This document shows, piece after piece, positions 1-11,175 of a stretch of DNA of 64,000 bases. The first letter of the stretch is position 1. The number at the start of each line of letters is the position of its first letter. The position numbers were made by a program, and so were the translations under genes. The stretch lies in assembly GCA_027923505.1 (NCBI GenBank), contig BROI01000002.1, positions 930,001 to 994,000 on the forward strand, written 5' to 3'. Under the pieces are notes generated by a model. The model was not told the origin of the DNA. It searched no databases and was given only the letters and a program-made list of their open reading frames with translations. This DNA comes from Mayamaea pseudoterrestris. Its lineage: Eukaryota.

Positions 1-2052
1 CCTGGAATTATGGGTACGCCCGCGGAAATCAAATTGCTCAAGCCGGAGCAAACATGGTTCAAAGATACAGCTGTTGAGTTTAGTCGTCAGCAAATTAGCG
101 TCGACATGTTTTTGTTCCCTTACCAGTACATGGACTTGGCATCGCTTGGAGAGCTCCCTCGTTATACTTCGGGCAATCTTTACTCGTACGTTTCATTTAA
201 CAGAGCCAAGGATGGAAAACGATTTGAAGATCAGCTTGCGAATACCTTGACGCAGCATACAGCCTTTGAAGCAGTCATGAGGATTCGTTGCAGCAAGGGA
301 ATGAGAATTACAAATTTTTACGGTAACTTCTTTATTAGAGGGACAGATCTCCTTGCGCTCCCCAACTGCAACACTGATTCAGTCTTTGGATTTGACTTGG
401 CCCACGAGGAACAAAACATTTTAATGTCCCACGTCACGGTGCAAGCAGCTCTGCTTTACACGAGCAGTGATGGAGAGCGGCGTATTCGAGTCATGACGCA
501 GACGCTTCCAGTGACACCGTTGAACTCGGAGCTTATTGGAGCAATTGATGCAGAAGCGTCTTGTGCCTTGCTTGCACGGCAAGCAATGGACTTGGGGTTG
601 AAAACGAGCTTGGACCAGACCCGCATGCGTTTGCAGCAAATTTGCGTGGATGTCATCCGGTCTGCTAAAGGCGGAGACAAGCGGACGGTGTCTGGTTATG
701 CTGCTCCGGGGCATCATGACGGATCGGATGGCGAGGAGAAGCAGTTGCCTGAAAACTTGCAACTCTTCCCGCTGTATATCCTAGCGCTGATGAAGAATGT
801 TGCTTTTCGAGGAGGTACGGACGTTCATCCGGACGAACGCATTCAGGCCCACCATATATTGAGCCGCCTGTGGGTTCCAGCGTGCAAGCACTTTATTTAT
901 CCGCAATTGTTTGAGCTGCACAAAATGGACAATGATGCTGGCCATCCATCTGTTAACGACGACGAGAGTGAACTGGTTGCTGGAAGAAACCGCATTGTAC
1001 TACCCACTGTGGTTAATTTGAGTATAGACCGACTGAGCAGCGATGGTGTTTACTTGCTCAGCAACGGAATTGAATTCTATCTCTGGGTCGGCCGAGATGC
1101 AAACATGAATATTGTGGCGTCGCTTTTCGGTGTTCACACTTTGGATGATGTTGATCCAAATCAAATGGAAATTATTATGAGCGGCGATCCATTCGCGTCA
1201 CGCTTTGGAGCCATTGTTGATGCATTGCGCGAAGAGGTTGATGGCCCTTATTACACTGCGCCAAAGATTGTCGTCATTCGAGAAGGAGATACTCACTTGG
1301 AGGCACGGTTTTACTGGTTTTTGATTGAAGATCGGGCAAGTTTTCAAGGTGGAACCTACAGCTACGCCGAGTTTATGCAGTTTGTAAACAATCCAAATGC
1401 CACCTCGGGAGGCCGGGGCGTCGCCCCTCCTGGTGCACCCGGTGGAATGGCGATGGGTGCTCATCCTCCTCCACCAGGTCCTCCTGCCCCGCATCAAGGA
1501 GGTGCGTATCCGCCTCAAAAGCCGCAGTACGCTCCCTCACCTGGTCATGGAAACTACGCTCCACCGACACCTCCAGTTGCGCCGCGCGGACCTCAGCCAG
1601 GTGGTTATGGAGGGCCGCCTGCTCCCCCGCAGCCTTCTCAGCAAATTAGTTACAACTCACCGCCGGTGGCATCACACGCGCCATCTCAAGGAGGATACGG
1701 TGGCCCAATGGGATCACACGGCCCTCCGTCAGGTGGCTATGGCGCTCCTCCAACGCCGCCAACTCAAGCAGGACCTCCACAGGTGAACTATGCAGCGAAA
1801 ACTTCACCAGTCGGAGCTCCACCTCAGGCGGCGTACCAAAGCCCTCCTGTGTCTTCTGCCGGACCTTCACGACAAGCTGGCCCTCCTCCTGTACCGGGAC
1901 GGTCAGTAGCTTCTAGCGCTCCTCAACAAGCTCCGGCTTACTCATCCACGCCTCCGCCTCCTCCAGGTGCCGGCGTTGCACGACCTCCTCCGCCACCTCC
2001 TGGTGGTGCGAGAAATTTCCCGCCACCCCCACCTCCGCCTCCTGGACGCTAA
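1..2052 (+). CDS. SEC24: COPII coat protein Sec24 (5'-truncated at window edge), with ~220-aa Pro/Gly-rich C-terminal tail
   Basis: The frame is open from base 1. Sec24 motifs: SVDMFLFPYQYMDLASL, AFEAVMRIRCSKGMRITNFYGNFF, QAALLYTSSDGERRIRV, gelsolin-like DGVYLLSNGIEFYLWVG, LIEDR...SYAEFM. Stop TAA at 2050-2052. Confidence 0.95.
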   Translation, partial: PGIMGTPAEIKLLKPEQTWFKDTAVEFSRQQISVDMFLFPYQYMDLASLGELPRYTSGNLYSYVSFNRAKDGKRFEDQLANTLTQHTAFEAVMRIRCSKGMRITNFYGNFFIRGTDLLALPNCNTDSVFGFDLAHEEQNILMSHVTVQAALLYTSSDGERRIRVMTQTLPVTPLNSELIGAIDAEASCALLARQAMDLGLKTSLDQTRMRLQQICVDVIRSAKGGDKRTVSGYAAPGHHDGSDGEEKQLPENLQLFPLYILALMKNVAFRGGTDVHPDERIQAHHILSRLWVPACKHFIYPQLFELHKMDNDAGHPSVNDDESELVAGRNRIVLPTVVNLSIDRLSSDGVYLLSNGIEFYLWVGRDANMNIVASLFGVHTLDDVDPNQMEIIMSGDPFASRFGAIVDALREEVDGPYYTAPKIVVIREGDTHLEARFYWFLIEDRASFQGGTYSYAEFMQFVNNPNATSGGRGVAPPGAPGGMAMGAHPPPPGPPAPHQGGAYPPQKPQYAPSPGHGNYAPPTPPVAPRGPQPGGYGGPPAPPQPSQQISYNSPPVASHAPSQGGYGGPMGSHGPPSGGYGAPPTPPTQAGPPQVNYAAKTSPVGAPPQAAYQSPPVSSAGPSRQAGPPPVPGRSVASSAPQQAPAYSSTPPPPPGAGVARPPPPPPGGARNFPPPPPPPPGR

Positions 2053-2136
2053 TTAGTTTCTATAAAGAAAAATTTACCTCAGTTGTTGACGGATATACGC
2101 ATGTATAAAGAGTTGTTTTGTGAATTACATTCTACT

Positions 2137-4095
2137 CTATCCTTCCTTTAGAGTTTTTGGCCTTTTGTCGTTAATATTTCGCTTAGCCAGCGGACCAAAA
2201 TATAGCTGATTGATGAGCACACCCATCAACCTTAAAAAGTTAAATACGCCGAAGCCAAGCCACACACCAGCGAGTCCATATATTGGCGGAAACGTTTTAA
2301 GCGCCCAAAGGCAGCCAGAAGTGGCTATCGCGGTACTAAGAGAGAGCTGACAAAGAAGAGTCAGTTGTCAGGTACGTGTTGACGAGTCTTCAATACGAAC
2401 AGTTCAATAAATTACCTGCATGAAACTACCGCATCCCACCATGACGCCTTCGCCAATAAAGACTGCTCCGTTCATTATTTGATATACGCTTGCCAGCACA
2501 CACGGTATTCGAGCGGCGTCTCGCACTTCTTGCAAAGGTGTAGACTGTCGAATGACGGGGATGAGTAAAAGCTGCAGACAGCCCAAAATTGAACCTAATA
2601 GCAGGCCCCAGCTCATGAGCCTATTCACAGTTGCCTTGGCGGTTGCGACGCCTCCGACATGCTTCCTCTGATTCTTGTCATATCGCGAAACCAAATCATT
2701 AGGAACAATCGTCTGGGCGACCGTCGAAAGCGCCAGCAAAACAATTCCTCCCAACTGAAATGTTTGTATTGAAATAGCGTGCGCTGCCGCTGACACTCCA
2801 CTCGTATCAATTGATTGCACTACGCGAGCCACTGCTAAAAAGGTCAAATTCAGTGCAACATTGCGTAGCTGCAGTGCTCCGCCTCCTTTCAGCAGTGGTT
2901 GCAGTTGCACCCACGCGGGTAATTTGAATATTTTTCCCAATTGAATCATGTTACGCTTGTGCAACACCACCAAGTAAGTGACGGCGGAAACAATTTCGGC
3001 AGCTAGCGTCGCCAGTGCGGCGCCTGGAACTCCCATTTGTAACGTGAAAATGAAAATCGGATCTAAGACGGCGTTCAAAAGATTGGCCATCAAGCTGATT
3101 TTGACAGGAGTGACAGTGTCTAGAACACCGCGAAAAGCACTGAAACCAACCAACGATATCAGAGAAGGCACAAACGCAAAAGATCGAATCAAAAGGTAAG
3201 GTCTGGCGTATTTTAACGCGGGTGCATCCGCAGACAAGACGCTCAGCAGGACGGCGTCAGGCCGCAAAAGTAGCACTGTAGACGATATTGCTGCCATGAT
3301 CAAGCCAATCAAAAGTGCTTGACAAATAGCATCTTGAACGCCTTCCTGATTGCCCTTGGCATTCTGCTTGGATATTATCGTGGCTGTGACGGCCGGCAGA
3401 AAACTTGTCAGCCAAAAGACGCTGCTGAAGACTTGATTTGCAGCCGCCTGGCCAGCTACTGCCAACGCAATACCCATTCGATTGACCCAAAACAAGTCAA
3501 CGGCGCCAATTAAGGGGTTGATGGCAAAGTTTGCAATGACGGGCAGTGACACTTTGATCAAGCGACGGTCCAATGCGTCCCCACATGGCCAGCGCGATAT
3601 AGACGAAGGATTAGATGCACGTTCTCCTCCTCGAAGTTGATCGTCATTCACATGTTGTACTTGTATCTCGTGAGCTTCACTTTTTGACGTTTGGTCCATG
3701 GAATTCACTGTTGCACCTAGCCGGTGTTGATCATCATTGTCAGCTACATGGTGGCCTTCTATTGCATCATTTAGTGCACTTTCTATGCTAGAAGCTTGAT
3801 CCAAAGTTTCTGCTGGATCGTCATTCATCGTCCGTAGTTGCATAGTCCCTTTTGTTGCCGCTGCCCTTTGCCTTGATGGAAATGTAAAAGTGCGAACATT
3901 GTGAACGGCAAAGCAGCCGACGCATTGCGTCAAAAATGCCCAAATTAACAGACATTGCAAGGATGATTTGCTTCGAGAAACATGCACTTGATGGGATGGT
4001 AATGCTATTGATGTCATGAGACTGCTTTTCCTCGACTCTTCTGCAGACTTGTGATGTTTCGCTGGATGTCGGCGATGTTGTGAGGAACACGTCAT
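2137..4095 (-). CDS. MATE (DinF/DTX-like) efflux transporter, probably plastid-targeted; 2 exons (4095 or 4017..2416, 2346..2137)
   Basis: MATE motifs PLIGAVDLFWV, SAFRGVLDTVTP, NAVLDPIFIF..MGVPGAALAT, AAAHAI. A GT-AG intron at 2415..2347 (69 bp) restores a C-terminus with GLAGVWLGFGVFNFLR. The hydrophobic stretch ending VGC-F resembles a bipartite presequence. Confidence 0.88.
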
Positions 4096-4705
4096 GGTGC
4101 GTAGTCATTATTGTCACACGACAAAGCGTGACTGAAAGCCATTCTTAGCTACCCGGTGCTGCTTAAGACTCACTCAACGCTTTGCCGACTTTCGATATGT
4201 ATGCTAATTCAGCTTTTCAGAGACTAACAGAGTCAAGACTAAAAGGCAATATGGTCTGGTGCAACGGTTAGAGAGAGCAGCAAGTGAGAGAGCGACTTCT
4301 GACAGGGTCTAATAATGCTCGGAGTGCGTCCGCGACAAGTTGACGCCCTCCTGGCGGGAATATTAAACCATGATACGCATGGCCCAGATCACAGATTTTA
4401 GTAAAGGTTACTTAAAAGAGTAGAGTACATGGGGATCTTCGAGCCACGAGTCATTGAATGTAGTACTCTGTGTCAACATACTTCTGCGCGATGGGAATCT
4501 GAACTCCTTCTTTTTTTAACTTAAATGGATTTGGTTCTACGCCATGCACAGCAATCCTCTTCTTGTTCGAATACAAGATTGTTTAGCAAGTTGTGACATT
4601 CTTGAGGATGTGCTGGCAGCGCTTGCCGGACTCACCACCTTTGTAGTCAAATATGGCAACTACTATAGACTCCTGGCTAAGTATAACCAAATTAAGTATT
4701 AAACC

Positions 4706-5047
4706 TTACTTGAACTTTTGAAAATCCATTGGCCCACGAATATCATGACTTTCATCCACTTGCTGCGCTCCATACTTGGCTACTTCTCGATCATTTTCGC
4801 GAAAGCCCAGCAAACGTCCTCGCGTATTCTGCAAGACCACCATGGAGCCAAAGGTGAACCCGATTCCCGCCATGAGACCAGCGACGGCGAAGCGAGCAGG
4901 TCTTCCAACGACGAATCCGTAGGTCCATGAGGCGACGGTGGCGCCGGCCCATTGACAGTAGTCGGACGTGCGAAGACACTTGAGGCAGTCGTCGACAGTT
5001 GGGTTGATATTGACAGTTGGATATTTGGTGTTGATAGCGGGAGCCAT
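4706..5047 (-). CDS. Mitochondrial complex I accessory subunit, 20.9/21-kDa (NUXM-like)
   Basis: The pattern YPTVNINP...LRTSDY, two TM helices, QNTRGRLLGFRENDREV matches the NUXM/20.9-kDa family. Confidence 0.75.
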   Translation of the reverse strand: MAPAINTKYPTVNINPTVDDCLKCLRTSDYCQWAGATVASWTYGFVVGRPARFAVAGLMAGIGFTFGSMVVLQNTRGRLLGFRENDREVAKYGAQQVDESHDIRGPMDFQKFK

Positions 5048-5482
5048 GCTATCTGTAGTAAATTGAATAGATAATGGAAGGCTGAGATCATGACAGTGAT
5101 CATTACAAATGCAAGGAAGGTTGGTGACGTGCGTGACGAGGACCGTCTGTCAATATCAAATGTTCACCCTCCATGGCTATTTTTTGTTTGTGCTTAACTG
5201 AATATCATCCTACATACCTTGCGAAAGCTGAAAATGACCGAGGGTGTTTCTATATTACGATACGGGACCAAGCGTTGGCTATACTTTTGGTCGCAAAAGC
5301 GGAAGGTGCATATGGAAGCAGCAGAGCAGCCGATAACGCTACGACACAACGAGAAGTGGTGCGACACTTGTCAATCTGATGCGCGACAACCACCATCATG
5401 TTCATTCCAGAGTGCCAGTACCGGTAATTGCTCATCTTTTCTACATAAATTACTGCTGGGAAGCACTACCATCGTCATTATC

Positions 5483-7558
5483 ATGTCCAAATGGTTACAG
5501 AATGCAGCCAACTTTCTCGAGAAACTGGATGATACAGCGGCAAAGGTGATTGTCGAGCAGCGCGGCGGCAGCCATGACGACGATGACGACGGTTTGCTTG
5601 ACAGCATTTTGGCCTCTCGTGGACTCGATGAGGAAATGAATGATCAAGAGCTGCAAGACCAATTGTCCAATGCTTGGAGCGAGCATGATGATTTGGATTT
5701 GTCCATGAAGAACGTAGATGCATCCGAAGCAATGGCGGAGCAAGAAAATTCAGAAGGATCAAATGATCCTGTAGAAGAAAACCAGCAGAACGAGACGCCT
5801 GCAAAAGCTAAATTGAGTGAAGGAGTAACTTCAATGCAGTCTTCTGATACTCCATTCCGGACGCCTCGTCAGTTATCATCGGACTCGTTGCCCAGCGACA
5901 ATGAGGCTGGTTCAGGGGACGAGGCTCAGCAAAATGCCACAAATGAATCTGATGAGGACCAGCCATCTTCATCAGTGAGGGATGAACAAGTAGACGCTCC
6001 AAACTCGTCCGTCGAAGCCCCATCCACTGCAGTGGCTCCTTCTAGTCGGCCAGTCTCTCCCATCGCTCCTGGATCACATGCGGGAACGCAACAGTTACTA
6101 CAGTCGCAAAAGGAGCTTCGCACCCTCAAGCGTCACATTCTGGCGCTCCATCAGCAGCTTGAATCATCAGAAAGGGAAGTAAAAGCCCAGCGACACGAAC
6201 TCGAGTCTGCGGGCGCGCTCATGGAGAAGGAGCGATTAAAGTTTAAGACGGAAAAGGACAAGTTGACTGAAAAACATCAGAGTGACACCAAGACACTAAA
6301 GCAAGCGCACAGTGACGAAACCAAATTACTTCACTCGCAAATAAAAACATTGAATGAACAACGAGCGCAGGAAGGTGGAAACTGGACCAAGGAGCTGGAG
6401 GATGCATTGGTGCGCGAGCAGGAAACGCTTCGCAAGGTTGCCTTGCTGCAAGACGAAAAGGAGACGCTGCAGCAGCATATTGACACACTTGAGCAACAGC
6501 AGCAAGCTCTTGGTAGTCGCTTGGAGTCTTTGACGGAGACGGCCGATGCCGCCATGGATCGAGAGCGGCAAGCAGAGACGCGGTTGGACGAGTTGTTGAC
6601 GGCTCATGCTCGGCAGATTCAACAAAGGCAGTTGCGAGAAGCTGAATTAGAAAAGACGGTTAGCGAGCTAGGTGCAGCTTTGGTCAAGTCGAGCGAAAAT
6701 GCTGGATCGGATCGTGCATTAATGCAGCCAACCTATTCTCATGACATGCAGATAATTGAGAGTCTTCGAGCGGAAATGGAAACTATTCAGACGCAACTCG
6801 AACAAGAGCAACAACGCAACAAGATTTTACAGGATGAATTACGAAATGTGTCCAGTGAGCAGTCGGACGAAGCCACTGTCTTGCAGCTGCGCCGAGAACA
6901 ACATGATCGTCAAATTCAACAATTGAACGAAACTATTCTGGAACTCAAGAGGGAGTTGCAGCGTGAGAAGGAGCACGCCACTTCTAATCGACTGAATGGC
7001 GACGACGAGACTATGAAGCAAGTCAGAAACCTTTCGGAGGATGTGATTCGATTACGCGACAAGTTGAGCAGCTCAAGCAGTGAAATTTCGGCACTGAAAA
7101 GTCGTTTGCATGTTGCTCTGGACAGAGCAAAACGAGCGGAGCAAGCGTTGGAAGAACGCTTGACTGCTGTATCGGGGTTTGGCGATATCGAGGTTGGGAG
7201 TGGAGCAACGCGGCAACGTGGTGGATTGAAGGGTCATCCAACTATGCGAGCCGCTTTGAAGCTTGACGTCGTTCAAGGAGAAGGGTCCGAGCGCTTTGCC
7301 AAGAGTCTTGATTCATTGGATAAATTCCTCGTTCAAAGTGGAAGGTTTTTGCGACAGAACGCTGTCGCTCGACTGCTTTTCATTCTATACTTTGTGACGA
7401 TGCACCTCTGGACATTTGTCTTGCTGTTCTTCCATGTTCACGGATACGACACAATGCGTACTGATTTCGCGACCAGCGGGCACGGTCCAGCAGGAATGAT
7501 TGCTCAGCAGGCCGCTCAAGTGGCTCAGAGAAATGCCAGTGATATGATGCAGCCATAA
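5483..7558 (+). CDS. Golgin-84 (golgin A5)-like coiled-coil tether with C-terminal TM anchor
   Basis: N-terminal MSKWLQNAANFLEKLDDTA (golgin-84-like), acidic linker, long heptad coiled coil, and C-terminal GRFLRQNAVARLLFILYFVTMHLWTFVLL. The start is taken at ATG 5483, not the upstream TTG. Confidence 0.8.
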   Translation: MSKWLQNAANFLEKLDDTAAKVIVEQRGGSHDDDDDGLLDSILASRGLDEEMNDQELQDQLSNAWSEHDDLDLSMKNVDASEAMAEQENSEGSNDPVEENQQNETPAKAKLSEGVTSMQSSDTPFRTPRQLSSDSLPSDNEAGSGDEAQQNATNESDEDQPSSSVRDEQVDAPNSSVEAPSTAVAPSSRPVSPIAPGSHAGTQQLLQSQKELRTLKRHILALHQQLESSEREVKAQRHELESAGALMEKERLKFKTEKDKLTEKHQSDTKTLKQAHSDETKLLHSQIKTLNEQRAQEGGNWTKELEDALVREQETLRKVALLQDEKETLQQHIDTLEQQQQALGSRLESLTETADAAMDRERQAETRLDELLTAHARQIQQRQLREAELEKTVSELGAALVKSSENAGSDRALMQPTYSHDMQIIESLRAEMETIQTQLEQEQQRNKILQDELRNVSSEQSDEATVLQLRREQHDRQIQQLNETILELKRELQREKEHATSNRLNGDDETMKQVRNLSEDVIRLRDKLSSSSSEISALKSRLHVALDRAKRAEQALEERLTAVSGFGDIEVGSGATRQRGGLKGHPTMRAALKLDVVQGEGSERFAKSLDSLDKFLVQSGRFLRQNAVARLLFILYFVTMHLWTFVLLFFHVHGYDTMRTDFATSGHGPAGMIAQQAAQVAQRNASDMMQP

Positions 7559-7913
7559 GCTACGTCTGAACGAAAAGGTAACTAGGTCTCTTGTCCCCCG
7601 TCCCTGCTCTACTGTAAACACATGTACAAAGCATCGTCACGTACACTTCCTTCTGAGTAAAAGTCACTCTTGTTGGTACTCCATGTATGCGCACAGCTAC
7701 ATCCAAGGCGTTAGTGCGCAGTTACGGTGTAAGAATATACAAAGTAGGCATACTGCGCATACTCGTAAGCTATACGGTTTTAAAGCACGATCACCCGTTG
7801 CATGAATCTACTACGGTAAGTAAACATTGTCAGCATGAATGGCTAAAAGCGACGACTATAATGCTACTCGTCAACTGACCAGAGAATGAGTGTTCAGGCA
7901 GCCAGTAAAGCTT

Positions 7914-9140
7914 CTACATGGTCATGCCCATCTTCCCGATTGGAAACGTAGCGTTTGGAGAGGCTGGCTGGCAAAAGGATCCAGAGACCAAGGGGTCCGA
8001 CGTGATGGTGCACGCCGTACGGGTGAACATGAGGTAATAATCGGGCTCGATGTCGTCACAGGTCTTGTTGTAAAGGTGAACGGCCCAAGGATTGAGGTCT
8101 TGCGCGAAGCTGGCCGCATCCATGAACATCAAATTGAACATGCAGCCCTGGGATACGTTCCATGGCGAGATATCCTGGTTGAACTGAGTCGCATTGGCAA
8201 ACATGCTTCCAAAGGACATTGATTTGCTGGTGTCCCACTTGGAAAGGTCTTGGTTGAAGCTCGCAGCTCCGTAGAACATACCTGGTGTATAAAATTTGTG
8301 ATGGAGAGGTATGTGAGTGGTTGCACAAGCCATTCGAGGCTTTGGCAGTTCTGTGCGTCTGACAGGATACAGGATGCGCCAACTTACCGTAAAAATCTTC
8401 GCCCTTGGAAACATCCCAGTCATTCAAAGGCTGGTTAAAGGCGGATGCGAAGGCGAATACACCAAAGAAATTCATCGTTTCGGAGACATCCCAACCTTTG
8501 GCGAGCAAAACAAGACGAAAAGGCAAACGAAGTTTGTGTGAGAATGGTATCTTTCCATGAATCTTACTCGTCGAGATATGATATACATACCAGTAATGTC
8601 TTGGTTGAACGAAGTTGCGTTGTAGAACATGTAACTCATATCAGTCGCACGGGAAACTGTCCAGCTGATTGGCTCGTTAAAGTACTGCGTGCGACAGAAA
8701 TTGAGAATGTGTGAGAACGAATGCGTGAAGCTGCGTTGTCGACGACTCTGCCATTGCTCTCCAAGTATCAGCAACACTTCAAGACACAATCTGGTGCATT
8801 CGTTGCGACTCATAATACTTACAATGAGGTTGTAAAAGACGTACGAAAAGTCCGTGTTGAGACTGGTACACCAGTTGGTGATATTCGTGCCGTAAAAGGC
8901 CAGGACCGTGTCGCGGGAGCCGCGAGCAGCCTCCGGCAAAGTGAGCGAGTCACAGTAGGAACCTTCGGTGTAGCAGTGCGTCGCCGAAAAGAGCTCTCCT
9001 TCGTATCCTTGAAGAAATCCATTGACGTTGAAATTGGCACGGCCTGGTTCTCCGCAGGCTGCCTCGGCCTCAATCGTCTTGGCCGAGAAAGCAATGACGA
9101 GAACGAGCGAGAGGAGGAAGGACTTGAGGGGAGCCGTCAT
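7914..9140 (-). CDS. Secreted DUF285/BspA-like (PARCEL-repeat) protein; 4 exons (9140..8823, 8684..8591, 8495..8388, 8281..7914)
   Basis: Signal peptide MTAPLKSFLLSLVLVIAFSA, then about 6 repeats of ~25 aa (FNQD/PI..WDVS....F..MF..A.S). Three GT-AG introns (138, 95, 106 bp) join the three ORF-track fragments in frame. Confidence 0.85.
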
Positions 9141-9900
9141 GGTTATGATGCTGATGATGATGAACCGAGAGAATGGATGAGAGGCTGAAACAAAGTTGTA
9201 GAAAGCCAACGGGATGGATTTCCTCAAATGGTCGAGCAAATTTAATGAAATGTGTGCGATGGCAAAGCAGAAGCTGATGATTGAGGGTGGGCGGGCCAAG
9301 AGCACGCAACCGTGATGCCAGTTGTCGCGTTTTCTGACTTGTGACTACTTTAAACTGTATAGCAACACTCAAAAGAAGGATTAAGGCTTTAAAAGCTTGT
9401 CATCAAAACGTGGTGGACATCTTTATTGGGCGGAAACGCGAGCCAAAAAAGCTTAGGGCTCAATATCATATGAATACAAGATTGTCAGAGTATCTACTTT
9501 ACATTAAAATCGATAGTAGTTGTGGATACCTCCAATGACAAAGATTTTGCGCGCTTTTGGCTCTTTTGCCAGCACGCCTGCAATGTGGAGCAATATGTAG
9601 CGTGAGCTTGGCTGGTTATGGTCGGGCATTAACAGCGCATCTGACACGACCGCCTTGCGACGACCAATCCAAAGGGTTTGGATACGACAATTCGGAGTCG
9701 CCAAGGCTTCACCAACGTTCTACTTTGTTGAGGTTTAAACTGATGTATATTGACACCTGCGTAGCCTTGGTGGACTACTCCAAACGATTTGAAACTGTAA
9801 TCCTTTTATTCGAGAGTATGTAGAGTGAAGCTTAAAATTTAATTCTGCATAGGCTTCGTGACAATAGCTATCTTGCGCTTTCAGCTTTAGTTAGTCTTGC

Positions 9901-10851
9901 ATGACGTCATCATCAACGAACTGTCACGCCAAGAGTGACACGCGAATTCTGCGCCAACAAACTTGGAGAGCACTTGCGAATGTCACCATGGACGAGTCGG
10001 AATTATCTCGTGCAGCTAGTAGCACTGGCGGTAACATGACGGATAGTTGCTTGACAGCATCATCGGATGACGGAAACGTTTCGGACGATAATCGCAATGA
10101 AGGGAGTGATGGATTTTGGCCGCTCGTGGCGCAAGATTTGCGTTCACTGTACTCGTCCGTTTCGTGTACAGCGGGTGGAGCGGTCCGGTTCCTGCAAAAG
10201 TCTGCCTTGAGCGTTGCGGCGGAAATTGCCGAGCTGGAGCGACAGGAAGGAGCTCTCAAGTTTGAACGGCTGCGGTTGCCTTGGGAAGTGAGTGATGCCG
10301 ACGATGCTGAAATAATTTTAGAGAATGAGGAATTAAAAGCGGAATTATTACTCGTCTCGCACCAAGCAAGTAACTTTTTGGGGCCGTTTACAGTTGCAGG
10401 AGATTTCGATTTGGATGATGCTCGCATTCAATTGATTCGAGACTTGCTGGAAATTGATCCTGTCCTTGCCAAGACACACGCTCGATTGAGCAGCCGCACT
10501 TCTACGACGGAAGCATTATTTTGGAGAAACTATTTTCACCATTGCCAAGCCATTCAAGACAAATACTTGTTTCCGCAGCAAGATGGGCAAGAAGATTTTG
10601 ACGATGCAGACAAGAAGGAGGAAGGTAATTCAATTCTTTCGGGCGATGATGCTTCATACGTTTGCGTTGACGGATCACTGGCCGAGCGACCTCCCAGTCG
10701 ACCACCAAGCGCACCAAGTAGCTGGAACATGATTTCAAGGAGTACCGGGGATTTGATAATTCTTGGGACGCCAGATGACATTCCAAAGTCACCAGTAGCG
10801 CCTCCGTTGTCGCCTGTGCAACCTATCGATCGAGTGGCATCGAAGAATTGA
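9901..10851 (+). CDS. BSD-domain protein (start may be ATG 9988)
   Basis: LLEIDPVLAKTHARLS...EALFWRNYFHHC fits the BSD consensus (FW.NYF). An upstream LPWE motif occurs as in SYAP1-like proteins. Confidence 0.8.
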   Translation: MTSSSTNCHAKSDTRILRQQTWRALANVTMDESELSRAASSTGGNMTDSCLTASSDDGNVSDDNRNEGSDGFWPLVAQDLRSLYSSVSCTAGGAVRFLQKSALSVAAEIAELERQEGALKFERLRLPWEVSDADDAEIILENEELKAELLLVSHQASNFLGPFTVAGDFDLDDARIQLIRDLLEIDPVLAKTHARLSSRTSTTEALFWRNYFHHCQAIQDKYLFPQQDGQEDFDDADKKEEGNSILSGDDASYVCVDGSLAERPPSRPPSAPSSWNMISRSTGDLIILGTPDDIPKSPVAPPLSPVQPIDRVASKN

Positions 10852-11175
10852 TCAAGGATTTAGCATGGAGACTTGGGAGGCATGGCGACGGCCGCGATTA
10901 CCTAAAGCATGTAAAATAAGTGATTTAAGAAACATAAATATCCATGCAACTTTGATTGTACTTGACCGTCGCGTCGTCAACACTTTGATTCTTTGACGTT
11001 GCTTTCTACTGCGGGAATATGTAGACGAACTGTGTAACGTAACGTACGAGTTTTATTTAACTTTATAATTCGTCGGTTTCCCAATAGAGCAGATCTACAT
11101 CACCTTTGTTTTTCTGTAAGTGTAAGAGGCGACGTTTTCGACTCGTTATCATGTTGCGCAGCCGCTCTCGATCTT

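Noticed and set aside
7685..7762. 9-bp inverted repeat gtatgcgca/tgcgcatac between convergent genes
   Set aside because: Too short and no target-site duplication; no MITE support.
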